Program-made: the position numbers and the translations under genes
The notes under the pieces: model-generated
What the model saw: only the letters and a program-made list of their open reading frames with translations
Told to the model about the DNA's origin: nothing
Databases searched by the model: none
Part shown: positions 1-9,896 of the stretch, piece by piece
Numbering within the stretch: the stretch's first letter is position 1
How the letters are laid out: each line of letters starts with the position of its first letter
Assembly: GCA_963702095.1 (NCBI GenBank)
Contig: OY969706.1
Location: 1,312,001-1,376,000 of the forward strand
DNA length: 64,000 nt
Source: Candidatus Bathyarchaeota archaeon
GTDB lineage: Archaea; Thermoproteota; Bathyarchaeia; Bathyarchaeales; Bathycorpusculaceae
Direction of reading: 5' to 3'

Positions 1-25
1 TAGTTAAATGTTGCCTAAAAAAGGA

Positions 26-1900
26 TTAGAGAGTAGAGGATTTTTTGGGTGCCCTGGCATGGCGTCGCAAGCCATAGACAAGTAAACCTGCGCTAATTAC
101 CCCCGCCAAGATAATCGCCGTCCAGAGCCACCATTGCATCCACAGAGGCTCCGCCGATGCTTGGGCTGTGTTGCTCAGTTTAAGCTCGTCGATGGTGCAT
201 ATTGCGTCATGTCCAATGTAGGTTTCAGTTGGCCGTACAATCGAGCCAGACGGGTTAGCTACTCCAGAGGTAACTTTGACCTCTTGTTCTTTGCCGTCAA
301 CGTAGATGTGCATGCCTGTGGTTAAGCTGCGTGTAAAGACAACGTGAATCCACTGATTAAGGGGAACAACCGCCTGTGTGGTGACTATTTCGTTTAATCC
401 TTCACTGGTCAACACATATCCGCGTAAGGCTCCAACGACTGGGGCGCTGCTGTTTTGTGGGGGCTCCCCGTTGAATGCTAAGCCAAAGGTGCGTGTTGGC
501 AGGGCGTCAGTTGTTCGGAGGGCTTGAATGATGATATTGTTATAGGAAATTGGCTTGTAAGACTGGACATTAATCCATGCGTCGACTGTTACTTCTCCGG
601 TGATTTCAAGACTGGGTGACTCGGGCACCATCACGTATTTGAGTCCATCAAAAGCTAAGGCTTGGCCATATTTGCCATTCACTGTTTGAGGAATGTAGGA
701 GTTGTTGCCACTCATTGAGCCTAAGATGGCGGGGTTGTTGCCGGTTGAGTCAAGGGTTATGCCACTGGAGTCTATGGTATCAAATGACCATGATGCTACC
801 AGCCCGTTGGATGGAACCGGCGGTGTGGGATTAGCTGGAGGCGCATCTCCCGGATTGGAGGTATAAAATTTTGTGGTTAGGGGATAATTATCTTGGGCAC
901 CCGTGTAAACAGGGTAAGGAGTGTTGCCTATGCCTGATTCGCCAATTTCTGAGGCGTTAGGGTATTTGGTGTGGTAGTCGCTCCAGTAGTTACCGCCGCT
1001 TTGAGCGCCATTATCCCAGAACTCGATAGGTACAGATTCATTGACGTAGACAGAGTAGGTGTTGCCTACGAAGTTGTTGTGGTAGAAGGTATTGTTGTGT
1101 GGACCTGACAGCTGAGACGTGATGTAGACGCCCCATTTGTTCTGCGCTATATCGTTGGCTGCTACGATGTTATTTGAGGCGGCCAGCCAAATGCCTGATT
1201 CAGTGTTAGAGGAAAATGTGTTGCCAAATACCACCGAATAAGAAGACCCTAAACCTAGTCCTCTATAATTGTGCTCAACCGTGTTGTTTGTTACGGTGTT
1301 TGAGTAGCCCTGTAGGGCGATTCCTGAAACGGCGTTTCCGACTATGGTGTTGTTTGAGATTGTGTTGTAGGAGCCGCCGTAGAAGCGCATGCCATCTTTA
1401 AGGTTGTTTGCGATTGTGTTTCCAGTGATTTTGAGGTTGGACTGGACTGAGCAGAATATGCCCATGTAGTTGCCTTGGATGATGTTATTTTGAATTGAGC
1501 ATTGGTCCACGTTGATGATGAATCCTGTTGCGTAAAAATTGGAGTTTGTGTAGTTTTGGCTTTCAACAGTGAAGCCTTGGATGTTGGTGTTCTTTGCATT
1601 CAACACAATGACGCCACGGGCCCCCCTGTCAACGCCCCCTGATCCAATTAATACTGTGGTTTTGGCGTCTTGACCTATGATTGATATGGATTTGTTGACT
1701 TGCAGGTTTTCATAGTAAACGCCGCTTTGAACTGCTATAGTATCGCCGTCGGAGGCGTGACTGATCGCTTGGGCTATGGTGGAGTACTCCGTTGGAACAT
1801 TCAAAGTTTTTGAAGCAGAACTAAACTGTAAATTAATCAACCATACCGCTGAAAGTAAGATTGCAACTAACACTATGACTTTTTTGCCATTCGGATTCAT
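26..1900 (-). CDS. Membrane-anchored surface protein: NosD/CASH beta-helix plus LamG-like domain
   Basis: Signal peptide, VPTEYSTIAQAI start, N/I-rich beta-helix repeats, GGNYWSDY motif, LamG-like segment (ASWSFD...WIHVV...IYVDG), C-terminal TM helix with basic tail. Confidence 0.85.
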   Translation of the reverse strand: MNPNGKKVIVLVAILLSAVWLINLQFSSASKTLNVPTEYSTIAQAISHASDGDTIAVQSGVYYENLQVNKSISIIGQDAKTTVLIGSGGVDRGARGVIVLNAKNTNIQGFTVESQNYTNSNFYATGFIINVDQCSIQNNIIQGNYMGIFCSVQSNLKITGNTIANNLKDGMRFYGGSYNTISNNTIVGNAVSGIALQGYSNTVTNNTVEHNYRGLGLGSSYSVVFGNTFSSNTESGIWLAASNNIVAANDIAQNKWGVYITSQLSGPHNNTFYHNNFVGNTYSVYVNESVPIEFWDNGAQSGGNYWSDYHTKYPNASEIGESGIGNTPYPVYTGAQDNYPLTTKFYTSNPGDAPPANPTPPVPSNGLVASWSFDTIDSSGITLDSTGNNPAILGSMSGNNSYIPQTVNGKYGQALAFDGLKYVMVPESPSLEITGEVTVDAWINVQSYKPISYNNIIIQALRTTDALPTRTFGLAFNGEPPQNSSAPVVGALRGYVLTSEGLNEIVTTQAVVPLNQWIHVVFTRSLTTGMHIYVDGKEQEVKVTSGVANPSGSIVRPTETYIGHDAICTIDELKLSNTAQASAEPLWMQWWLWTAIILAGVISAGLLVYGLRRHARAPKKSSTL

Positions 1901-2056
1901 CCAATCACCTGCAACAATAGAGACGTGGTGAGATATTACTCTCCCCCCGAGAACGGAGTGTTCTCCTAACGGAACACAAAAAACTCGTTTTTTAAATGAG
2001 AAGGGATAGCTTTTTGAGTGTCTTCACTCATCTTTGGCACGTAAGGATGTAATGTT

Positions 2057-2188
2057 TTGTCTAAGAAAGCAAAGAAAGCAGAAGGATTAGAACAGCATAA
2101 GAAACTGCAAAGGGAAAAAGACCAGAAACGCAAAGCAAGAAAACAGGTTGCGCTTCCCTCCAAACACCAAGGTAAAGGCAAAAAGTAG
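2057..2188 (+). CDS. Small basic protein, 43 aa (not in ORF track)
   Basis: TTG start after AGGATG; translates to MSKKAKKAEGLEQHKKLQREKDQKRKARKQVALPSKHQGKGKK. Confidence 0.6.
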   Translation: MSKKAKKAEGLEQHKKLQREKDQKRKARKQVALPSKHQGKGKK

Positions 2189-2317
2189 CCTTGCCATTTC
2201 CAGTAAATCATCTCATCCATTTTTTAAGCTAAAAATCGCTTTGTTGCGTTGTTATGCCCTGTTTGAGGAAGGTTTGGGGTCTGTCATTCGTTTTATTCTT
2301 CATCTTTCCCAATCAGA

Positions 2318-2366
2318 CTGGGACGGCGACATCATCCCCCGTCACAATAAGCGACACCTCAACCAA
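2318..2366 (+). repeat. Hairpin direct repeat C, copy 1
   Basis: CTGGGACGGCGACATCATCCCCCGTCACAATAAGCGA (2318-2354) is identical to 3550-3586, with further similarity for ~12 bp; internal GACGG/CCGTC stem. Confidence 0.95.
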
Positions 2367-2391
2367 ATAAACCTTACAAAAGCGTTTCTCC

Positions 2392-2570
2392 CTCTTTGTG
2401 TGGGTGTGGAGTTTTACGGTGCAACACATGGTTGTTTGAGATGGGATTTGCTTTTTGCCAATGCAATGCTTTTCAGCGCCCGTTTCGGTGTGGGAAAATC
2501 GATTTTCACCACACGCCATACATTGCTCAATGCATAACCCGTTGCCATGTGGGTGTGAAAGCATGTTGAG
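2392..2570 (+). repeat. Dispersed repeat family A, copy 1 (diverged)
   Basis: TGTGGGTGTGG...GTTTCGGTGTGG-N15-CCACACGCC...GTGTGAAAGCATG, colinear with copies at 15.6, 30.8 and 39.1 kb. Confidence 0.85.
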
Positions 2571-2703
2571 TAAGCATAAAAATCCACGGGCATTTCGTTT
2601 ATGCTGAAATGTTGGAAGCGAGCAACCACAAGGGTTGCCGCCGACTAAGCACTCAGGATTTAACAAGTAAATTATATAACCAAACAAACAAACTTATTTA
2701 GTT

Positions 2704-3489
2704 ATGGAAAGAATGGGGAAATACCTCTCAATAGTCTTAGTTTTAATCATAGCATCATCTAGTTGTCTTATTGTCAAATCTGCTGATGCTCAATCAATAT
2801 CTAAACCATCTGCGCCAGAGTTTACAGTTAGATATGTTGATTATTCATATGATGTTCCACCAACTTATGGAATAGACCAGTTTACAGGAAAAGAAACAAT
2901 AGTAAAAAATGGCTATCATGTAGAGAATAGGTCTTTTGAATTCACCATAAGAAACCAACCTTATACGCCCTACGAGGATTCACAGGGTAACAATATCCAT
3001 CTTTTCTATAACCTAAGATTCAAAGGGCATTTCGGAGCCGAATGGATGTACTTCCCCTTTCTTGACAATGGACAAGGCGTTCGCAGATTTGCAGCAGGAC
3101 TATATCAGGTATATGACCCAGACCTCGCAGCATCAAATTCTGCCTTTACAATATTATTAGAAAGTATACCCACCCTATTTTATGACCTACAGGATTATGA
3201 CAAAATGCCAAAAATCGGCGATGAGGTTGATTTTCAAGTACAAGCTGCAATAGGATATGTTAGTTATGCAGGGGATGGTTTCTATTCTTTAGCAGGACAA
3301 TCAAGCAGTTGGAGTAACACACAAACAATAAAAATTTCTGCTGTTTCAGCCTCTGTTTCACATTCTCCAAATCCGACGCCAACGCCTTCAGTTCCAGAAT
3401 TTACCCAAGTTGCAGTGATTTCTTTCTTTGTTTCTCTGCCTCTCCTTGCCCTTCTTGTAAAAAAGAGGTTCTTGTCTAAAGATTTATAA
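2704..3489 (+). CDS. Secreted surface protein with PEF-CTERM-like anchor
   Basis: Signal peptide, KPSAPEFTV motif, P/T linker, VPEF + TM helix + KKR tail; AT-rich. Confidence 0.85.
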   Translation: MERMGKYLSIVLVLIIASSSCLIVKSADAQSISKPSAPEFTVRYVDYSYDVPPTYGIDQFTGKETIVKNGYHVENRSFEFTIRNQPYTPYEDSQGNNIHLFYNLRFKGHFGAEWMYFPFLDNGQGVRRFAAGLYQVYDPDLAASNSAFTILLESIPTLFYDLQDYDKMPKIGDEVDFQVQAAIGYVSYAGDGFYSLAGQSSSWSNTQTIKISAVSASVSHSPNPTPTPSVPEFTQVAVISFFVSLPLLALLVKKRFLSKDL

Positions 3490-3549
3490 CTAGAAACGTA
3501 CAATGTAATTTCAGCAATTCGTCTCGAAAAAAATTACTTTGCCCTAAGG

Positions 3550-3598
3550 CTGGGACGGCGACATCATCCCCCGTCACAATAAGCGAATCCTCAACTAA
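3550..3598 (+). repeat. Hairpin direct repeat C, copy 2
   Basis: 37 bp identical to 2318-2354. Confidence 0.95.
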
Positions 3599-3635
3599 AG
3601 AAGGCAAATTCTAACTATGCTTTTTATCTTAAAAG

Positions 3636-3768
3636 CTGCTTTGCTTGTATTTTGTTCCTCAACCAACCTGCAACGCAACGCAGACACAGAAACCAAAACA
3701 GGTGTCGTAGTCAAACCCAAAGGTTGTTGTTGTGTATAGGGGATTTTCGGCAACAACAACTAAAGAAA
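3636..3768 (+). repeat. Dispersed repeat family B, full copy
   Basis: TGCTTG...CAACCAACCTGCA...GTTGTTGTTG-TGTATAGGGG-N7-GCAACAACAAC hairpin, shared with 46.1 and 57.4 kb. Confidence 0.85.
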
Positions 3769-3845
3769 AAAGCAAACGCCCAAACTTGATCCACTGCTTA
3801 AATAAGGGAGTTGCAGTCTTTTTCCCAGGCAAAGAAGGGATAAAC

Positions 3846-4082
3846 ATGAAAGTCGGCGTCTGCGGAATAGCATGCGAAAAATGCCCCAAAATGACCAAAG
3901 GAACCTGCCCCAACGGCTCAGTCGGTTGCGTTGCACGAGAGAACAGGTTCTGCCAAATCTGCAACTGCGCCCAACAAAAAGGCGTCCGATTCTGCTTTGA
4001 ATGCACCGAGTTCCCATGCGAAACCACCAAACAAGGCCCCATAAGCTACGGTTACTGCCAGTACCTTGCCGGTAAACAGTGA
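3846..4082 (+). CDS. Cys-rich DUF3795-like protein
   Basis: MKVGVCGIACEKCP...CQICNCA...FCFECTEFPC; ATG at 3846 is more plausible than 3732, which lies inside repeat B. Confidence 0.8.
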   Translation: MKVGVCGIACEKCPKMTKGTCPNGSVGCVARENRFCQICNCAQQKGVRFCFECTEFPCETTKQGPISYGYCQYLAGKQ

Positions 4083-4130
4083 AAGGGCTAGTTTTAAGTG
4101 ACTGCAACCAAACATATTAGTTGATTATTT

Positions 4131-5057
4131 ATGGCTGCCAAAGAGGTCCTCATAGAAGCCAAAGCCTTAACCAAAAAGTACGGCGAATTCACCGCAGTTG
4201 ACCACATAGACTTCGAAGTGTACAAAGGCGAATGCGTCGGTTTTTTGGGACCCAACGGAGCAGGCAAAACCACCACCGTTCGGATGATGTACTGTTTCTT
4301 GTTGCCCACTTCGGGGGAACTGCGAGTTGCCGGCAAAAGCGTTGGGAAGCAGTGTCGAGAAATCAAAGCCGTAGTCGGGGTTGCGCCTCAAGAGGACAAT
4401 TTGGACCCAGACTTCACAGTTATCAAGAACCTCACGGTTTATGGACGATACTTTGACCTCCCAAAAGAGGAGGTACTCAAACGAGCCGAGGAGCAACTCA
4501 AGTTTTTCCAGTTAGAGGAAAAACGCGATGTACCCATACTGGCGCTTTCCACAGGCATGAAACGCAGACTCATTTTTGCCCGTGCACTCATCAATCAACC
4601 GCAGATTCTGCTCTTAGACGAACCCACCACGGGGCTGGATCCTCAGGCGAGGCATCTGGTGTGGGATGAAGTGCGGCACCTCAAAAAACAGCAGGTAACC
4701 ATCATTTTAACCACGCATTACATGGATGAAGCCCAGATTCTCTGCGACCGCATCCTCATCGTAGACAGGGGCAAAATCATCGAGCAAGGCACACCCACGG
4801 AACTCATCAAGAAACACATCGGCAATGAAGTCCTAGAATTGGACAACGACGAAAAACTGATTCCTCTGCTTAAAGAGGCTTTTCCTTCGGCACGCATAGA
4901 GCGGCTGGGTGACCGCATGCAGGTTTTCACAGACCAACCGCACGGCGTCTTCGAAGATTTCCTGCACGTGCATAAAATGCAGAACGTTTCGATTCGAAAC
5001 GCCAACATCGAAGACGTATTCCTCAAACTGACGGGCAGGGGACTACGGGAAGAATGA
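4131..5057 (+). CDS. ABC-2 exporter ATP-binding subunit (NodI-like)
   Basis: Walker A GPNGAGKTT, signature LSTGMKRR, Walker B LLLDEPT. Confidence 0.9.
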   Translation: MAAKEVLIEAKALTKKYGEFTAVDHIDFEVYKGECVGFLGPNGAGKTTTVRMMYCFLLPTSGELRVAGKSVGKQCREIKAVVGVAPQEDNLDPDFTVIKNLTVYGRYFDLPKEEVLKRAEEQLKFFQLEEKRDVPILALSTGMKRRLIFARALINQPQILLLDEPTTGLDPQARHLVWDEVRHLKKQQVTIILTTHYMDEAQILCDRILIVDRGKIIEQGTPTELIKKHIGNEVLELDNDEKLIPLLKEAFPSARIERLGDRMQVFTDQPHGVFEDFLHVHKMQNVSIRNANIEDVFLKLTGRGLREE

Positions 5058-5905
5058 GCGAACCCCACCTCCGCAGTTCACCAGCCAAATTCTCCATCCC
5101 CAGACTCACCTATCGGGTCTGGAAGGTTTGGCGACGCAACGTCGATGTCTTCTTAAAAACCATCAAAGTCAACTTTTTACCCTCACTGCTTGAGCCAATT
5201 CTCTACTTGGTCGCGTTTGGCTTCGGCTTAGGCGGATTCATCCCCAACATAAACGGAGAATCCTACATCAACTTTATCGCACCCGCTTTGGTGGCAATTG
5301 CCATAATGAACGGCGCATTTTTCGAATGCACCTATGCCTCGTTTGTGCGCATGTATTTCCAGAAAACCTTCGACGCCATAGTCGCCACACCCGTGAGCGT
5401 GGAGGAAGTGGTTGCTGGCGAGTTGCTTTGGGGAGCCACCCGCGCCACCGCAAACGCCACCATCGTGTTGGTAGTAATCGCGATCGCAGGTTTCTTCACG
5501 CCGACGCCGCTGATTACTACGCCGCTGTTTGTGCTGGTGCCGCTAATCGCCTTCTTCAGCGGCTTAATGTTTAGTTCAATGGCTATGTGCTTCACTGCAG
5601 CTGCCCCAAACATTGACTTCTTCAACTACCCCGCTTTCCTTTTCTTAACCCCGATGTTCTTTTTGTGCGGAACCTTCTTCCCGCTTACCTCGCTGCCGGT
5701 TGCCGCGCAGGGTTTAGCCCTCTCGATTTTGCCCCTCACACAAGTTGTTAACTTCGCCCGTGGCGCAGTCACTGCATCGGTGGTGCCGATTCTGGGGTTG
5801 AGCACAACGTCGCTGATACTCTACAGTTTGGTCTGGGTGATTTTGGTCACGGTTTTCTTCTTCATCTTAAGCATTAATTTGATGAAGAAGCGTCTAACAA
5901 GCTAA
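5054..5905 (+). CDS. ABC-2 exporter permease (NodJ-like)
   Basis: About 6 TM helices, LLEPILYL and FFPL motifs, overlaps the ATPase stop. Confidence 0.9.
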   Translation: MSEPHLRSSPAKFSIPRLTYRVWKVWRRNVDVFLKTIKVNFLPSLLEPILYLVAFGFGLGGFIPNINGESYINFIAPALVAIAIMNGAFFECTYASFVRMYFQKTFDAIVATPVSVEEVVAGELLWGATRATANATIVLVVIAIAGFFTPTPLITTPLFVLVPLIAFFSGLMFSSMAMCFTAAAPNIDFFNYPAFLFLTPMFFLCGTFFPLTSLPVAAQGLALSILPLTQVVNFARGAVTASVVPILGLSTTSLILYSLVWVILVTVFFFILSINLMKKRLTS

Positions 5906-6825
5906 ACCACGATGCCTTTGACTTCAGCGGTTATAAGGTAAAACGCGGCTAACCCCTTCCATTTTCCCCATGCCTCCGCGATTGCCCGTGCTTCCGCCGC
6001 CTTAATGGGCACGCCGCCACAGTAGTAGGTAGAAATGACCCGCCGAATACCGAAGTCGTCTGCGGGCAACGCGTCAAGCCGTTGCATGCCACGGAGCATC
6101 GTTAACTCAGCCGTCCAAACGCCGATGCCCTTGATTTCGTCGAGTTCGGCAATTATGGCTTGTGGGTCCTGCTGGTTTTTCATGGCTTCCAAATCCAATT
6201 TGCCCTCCACAATCAACTCCGCTGCGCCGTAGATGTATTCGGCTTTGCGCTGGCTCAAACCGCACTCGCGGATGTCACTTATGCAGGCGGCTCTTATGTT
6301 TTGTGGGGAGGGATAAGCGTAGTAGGTTTGGCCGTTGATTTGTAGTTTGTCGCCGAATTTTTTGCAGAGGCGCTCTTCAAGGGTGTGGGCGACTTTGATG
6401 GAGATTTGCTGTTCCACAATCGAATCCACCAGCGCCTCAAACACAGTGGGGGTAGTGGGGTTTTTGAGTCCGTAGAGTTGCTGGGCGATTTTTGTTATGT
6501 TTGAGTCGCCGTGGATTTGCTTGTAGAAGCTGGTTAGGGGAAAGTTGAGGTTGAAGAGATAAGTTAATGCTTGCTCGGCGTCAGCCTTGTTTTTCGCTGA
6601 TAATGCTTTGCCCAAGTGGATTTCTACGGATAAATTGGGGTGCTCAACAGTTCCCGTCGAAGTCACACTGGCTAAAACAAGTACCTCACCCAACCGCAGC
6701 AGCTGCCGGAACACGCCTTTATGGTAGCTTCGAATTTGGGGGTCGCCGCTTCCAAAAATCTGGCATGTTAAATCAAAATCAAACGGTGCCACCGGGTTTA
6801 AAGTGAAGGTTTCTTTGGAAGCCAT
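5902..6825 (-). CDS. alkA: DNA-3-methyladenine glycosylase, AlkA family (HhH-GPD)
   Basis: IVEQQIS, HhH motif IKGIGVWTAE, LPADDFG. Confidence 0.88.
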   Translation of the reverse strand: MASKETFTLNPVAPFDFDLTCQIFGSGDPQIRSYHKGVFRQLLRLGEVLVLASVTSTGTVEHPNLSVEIHLGKALSAKNKADAEQALTYLFNLNFPLTSFYKQIHGDSNITKIAQQLYGLKNPTTPTVFEALVDSIVEQQISIKVAHTLEERLCKKFGDKLQINGQTYYAYPSPQNIRAACISDIRECGLSQRKAEYIYGAAELIVEGKLDLEAMKNQQDPQAIIAELDEIKGIGVWTAELTMLRGMQRLDALPADDFGIRRVISTYYCGGVPIKAAEARAIAEAWGKWKGLAAFYLITAEVKGIVV

Positions 6826-6917
6826 CCTGTTCAGCCTTGAATACGCATATTTGCCGCTTGTGCCGTATTAAAGATTTTTAACTCCCCGCGCAGTAAGAGC
6901 CCAATAGAGGCTCACAA

Positions 6918-7592
6918 ATGCGCATCGTAATCCGAATCGGCGGCAGCGTAGTCGCCAACCCCATAAACACACAGTTAATGGCAAAGTATGCAGAAGCCAT
7001 CAAGGTTGTTCGTCAAGAGGGACATGAAGTTGTGGTTGTTGTGGGCGGCGGCGCCTTGGCAAGGCAGTTTATCGGTTTAGCTAAGGAGTTGGAGTTGGAT
7101 ATGAATGCGCAGGATGAGGTGGCTATTTCCTGTTCGCGGCTGTTTGCGCAGCTTTTCCTTAAGAAACTTGGCGGAGTTGCCTGTGGCAAAGTGGCGGTGA
7201 CACTTGAAGAGGCGGAGCAGTGCCTAAAAGAGGGCAAAATCGCTGTCATGGGCGGGTTAAAGCCGGGTATCACCACTGACACGGTAGCCACGTTGGTTGC
7301 GGAGCGGGTGCAGGCGGATTTGCTGGTTAAAGGCACCGACCAAAATGGCGTCTACAACAAAGACCCACGCAAACACCTTGATGCAGTGAAACTTGACCGC
7401 TTAACGTTTGAGGAGTTGTCGCAGGTGTTTGAGCAAAACGAGCACAAAGCAGGCATTCACCAAATCATCGACCCTGAAGCCGTCAAGGTGCTCATGCGCA
7501 GCCACGTCAAAACGGTGGTTGTCAGCGGCTTCGAACCCCAAAATATTTTGGCGACGCTTAGAGGCGAGAATGTAGGTACAGTCATAAGCTAA
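6918..7592 (+). CDS. pyrH: UMP kinase, archaeal type
   Basis: IGGSV, VVGGGALAR, PGITTDTVA, GVYNKDP. Confidence 0.93.
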   Translation: MRIVIRIGGSVVANPINTQLMAKYAEAIKVVRQEGHEVVVVVGGGALARQFIGLAKELELDMNAQDEVAISCSRLFAQLFLKKLGGVACGKVAVTLEEAEQCLKEGKIAVMGGLKPGITTDTVATLVAERVQADLLVKGTDQNGVYNKDPRKHLDAVKLDRLTFEELSQVFEQNEHKAGIHQIIDPEAVKVLMRSHVKTVVVSGFEPQNILATLRGENVGTVIS

Positions 7593-7655
7593 GTGTTTGT
7601 TGTTTTCTAGTTTAAGATGAAGGCAGTGTCGCCCTTACTCTTCTCCTTCCTATGA

Positions 7656-7736
7656 GTTTGGCGGGCGGCTGTGTTTTGCTTTCTGCAATGGCAATGGACT
7701 GCTGGTTGGTTATGGCGCATTCCTCAAGCAGAACAG
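7656..7736 (-). repeat. Family B, left half without hairpin
   Basis: Reverse complement CTGCTTGA...CGCCATAACCAACCAGCA...GCAGA...AAAACACA...CCCGCCAAAC aligns without gaps to ~46069-46145. Confidence 0.8.
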
Positions 7737-7870
7737 AACACATTTCGGGCGGTTATCAGCGGCTCGTTTAGTTCCTGTTTGCACTGTTTTTAAGTAAATG
7801 TTAAAGCCCCAACCATCAACATTAAAGTGGAGGCTAGCCGACGTCACCTACCCGCCTTAACAATACTACA

Positions 7871-9154
7871 GTGACTGCTAAGCTATGCAGTTTACTTCTT
7901 ATCCTTCTAGCCGCGTCCTGCTTGGTTCAAAACCCACCCGTCCAAGCTCAAGAAAGCACATGGAACAGAATATACACTGACAGCAAAGGCTCAGGAACCT
8001 GCATAATGGCAACCGATAATGGTAGTTACGCGGTCGCTGGAACCAGCAACGGGCGCTATTTATTGGCTAAGGCTGACTCTTCAGGCAACGTGTTACTATG
8101 GAAAACCTTTCAAACAGGCGAAACCAACTGCGCTGTCCAAACCAGCGATGGCGGCTACGCCTTGGCTGGAAGCGGCGAAGTGAACTTCATAAAAACCAAC
8201 TCCGAAGGCAACGTCGAATGGAGCAAGAACTTCATGAACGGCAACATGACCTACACAATAAGCAGCATAGCCAAAACAGGGGATGACGGGTACATACTTA
8301 CAGGTTTGGTCCCATCCGGCCACAATCCGGGGCTTGATTGGACCGTAAAAACCGACCCTGAGGGAAATATTATTTGGAGCAAAACCTTTGGCAGTTGGAG
8401 TACTGTAACAACCGAAGTGATAGAGGTTGAAGGCGGCTACATTTTGGGGGCAAACTTGAACATCTACAAGCTAGACGAAAACGGCGAGATCGTTTGGAGC
8501 AGACATTCAGGTATCATCTACTCCATCGTTAGCACCGCTGATGGAGGTTACTTAATGGTGGTGTCGGGGGACAGCGGTACCCAGAAAGTCGTTAAAACCG
8601 ATTCCGAGGGCTACAATCAATGGGTCAAAACCTATGCAGTGGAGTCAGCAGTCGATTCCGATGTCGGTGAAGCGGTCCAGACTGAAGATGGAGGATTCAT
8701 CATGTGCGGCACTACCTATCCAGCTTGGGAAGCTGTAGGATGGGTTTTCAAGACTGACTCATCTGGAAACCTGAAATGGAACTCCACATCAACCCCTATT
8801 ATCGGCTACAACAGCAGAATATCCTACATCGCTGAAGTGGGCAACGGTGAATACGTTTTTACTGGATCAGTAGGCCCTGTAATGGATTTGAACGCTAATA
8901 CGAGTTTGTGGCTGGTTAAGATGGCTTCTTCAATCCCAACCGCTGTGAACACCTTGATTTCCGAGTCAGTGAATAATTCGGGTTCGGAGCCAACGCAGAC
9001 TCAGGCGTCTACAACCGTGGGGGCTGATGACGAATTAGCGGCGATTCCTCCTTTTATAGTGGCTGTAATAGTTTCGGTTGTAATTTTTGCGTCGGTTTTG
9101 TCTGCTTTACTTTACAAGAGGAGTTATTTGAGCAGAGGTTCTTTGCCGAACTAG
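7871..9154 (+). CDS. Secreted beta-propeller-like surface protein with C-terminal TM anchor
   Basis: Repeated TxDGGY...KTDSxGNxxWxKT units; the true start may be ACG at 7841 after GGAGG. Confidence 0.85.
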   Translation: MTAKLCSLLLILLAASCLVQNPPVQAQESTWNRIYTDSKGSGTCIMATDNGSYAVAGTSNGRYLLAKADSSGNVLLWKTFQTGETNCAVQTSDGGYALAGSGEVNFIKTNSEGNVEWSKNFMNGNMTYTISSIAKTGDDGYILTGLVPSGHNPGLDWTVKTDPEGNIIWSKTFGSWSTVTTEVIEVEGGYILGANLNIYKLDENGEIVWSRHSGIIYSIVSTADGGYLMVVSGDSGTQKVVKTDSEGYNQWVKTYAVESAVDSDVGEAVQTEDGGFIMCGTTYPAWEAVGWVFKTDSSGNLKWNSTSTPIIGYNSRISYIAEVGNGEYVFTGSVGPVMDLNANTSLWLVKMASSIPTAVNTLISESVNNSGSEPTQTQASTTVGADDELAAIPPFIVAVIVSVVIFASVLSALLYKRSYLSRGSLPN

Positions 9155-9214
9155 ACTTTTTTCTGGTTTTTGGGGCTTTTCATCTGTTTTTAGGTTTAGA
9201 TTTGCATACGCTTA

Positions 9215-9282
9215 AATATCATATGCGATATCATCTGTGATAATCAAATATGATATCAATAACGATATCAAAGGTGATATCA
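9215..9282. promoter_or_regulatory. Array of GATATC palindromes at ~12-bp spacing (probable PadR operator array)
   Basis: Sites at 9215 (AATATC), 9227, 9239 (GATAATC), 9252, 9264 and 9276, directly upstream of the PadR gene. Confidence 0.65.
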
Positions 9283-9284
9283 AA

Positions 9285-9896
9285 ATGAATAATGAAGAAA
9301 AAGAAAATCTCAAAGAATTCCGAGAACAATTGCGAGCCCAAAAACACATCATGTTCCACCGACGCAACTGGCTCCGCCACAACGCAATGGTCCCCAAAGG
9401 ATTCCTCCGCCACCACGTCCTACAAGCCCTCAACGAAAAACCCATGTCAGGCAGCGAACTCATGGAAGAAATAGGCAAAAACACCGGCAGCCACTGGAAA
9501 CCCAGCCCCGGCTCCATCTACCCCATGCTCGCTTGGCTCCAAGACAACCAATACATAAAAGAACTACCCACTGAGAACGGACTCAAACGCTATGAACTTA
9601 CCCAGAACGGCAAGGAACTCCTAGAAGAAGAAACTAAAGTTCGGGAGAAATTCCGCGAAGACGCCGGTTTCATGACGTTCCCCTTCTTTGACCGAAACCA
9701 AAGCAACATACCAAAAGAGAAAGCGATGGAAGTACGACTGACAATGAAACGTCTTCTGCATACATCCTTAAGCATTGGTAAGACACTGCGAGAAAATTAC
9801 TCAGAAAATGACCTAAACGAAGCACTCAAAATTCTCAACGAAGCCTCAGAAAAATTGGAAGCAATAAATAAGAAACTTAAAGGCGAAAAAGCATGA
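9285..9896 (+). CDS. PadR-family transcriptional regulator
   Basis: PKGFLR...PMSGSEL...WKPSPGSIYPML...YELTQNGK; likely ATG at 9285 after AGGTGA. Confidence 0.9.
   Translation: MNNEEKENLKEFREQLRAQKHIMFHRRNWLRHNAMVPKGFLRHHVLQALNEKPMSGSELMEEIGKNTGSHWKPSPGSIYPMLAWLQDNQYIKELPTENGLKRYELTQNGKELLEEETKVREKFREDAGFMTFPFFDRNQSNIPKEKAMEVRLTMKRLLHTSLSIGKTLRENYSENDLNEALKILNEASEKLEAINKKLKGEKA

Noticed and set aside
1966-2687. Tracked ORFs 1966-2220, 2148-2537, 2313-2687 and 2414-2629
   Set aside because: Antisense shadow of the basic microprotein or chance frames across repeats C and A; no protein-like motifs.
2318-3586. CRISPR array from the 37-bp repeats
   Set aside because: Only two copies, 1.2 kb apart with a gene between them, and no cas genes.
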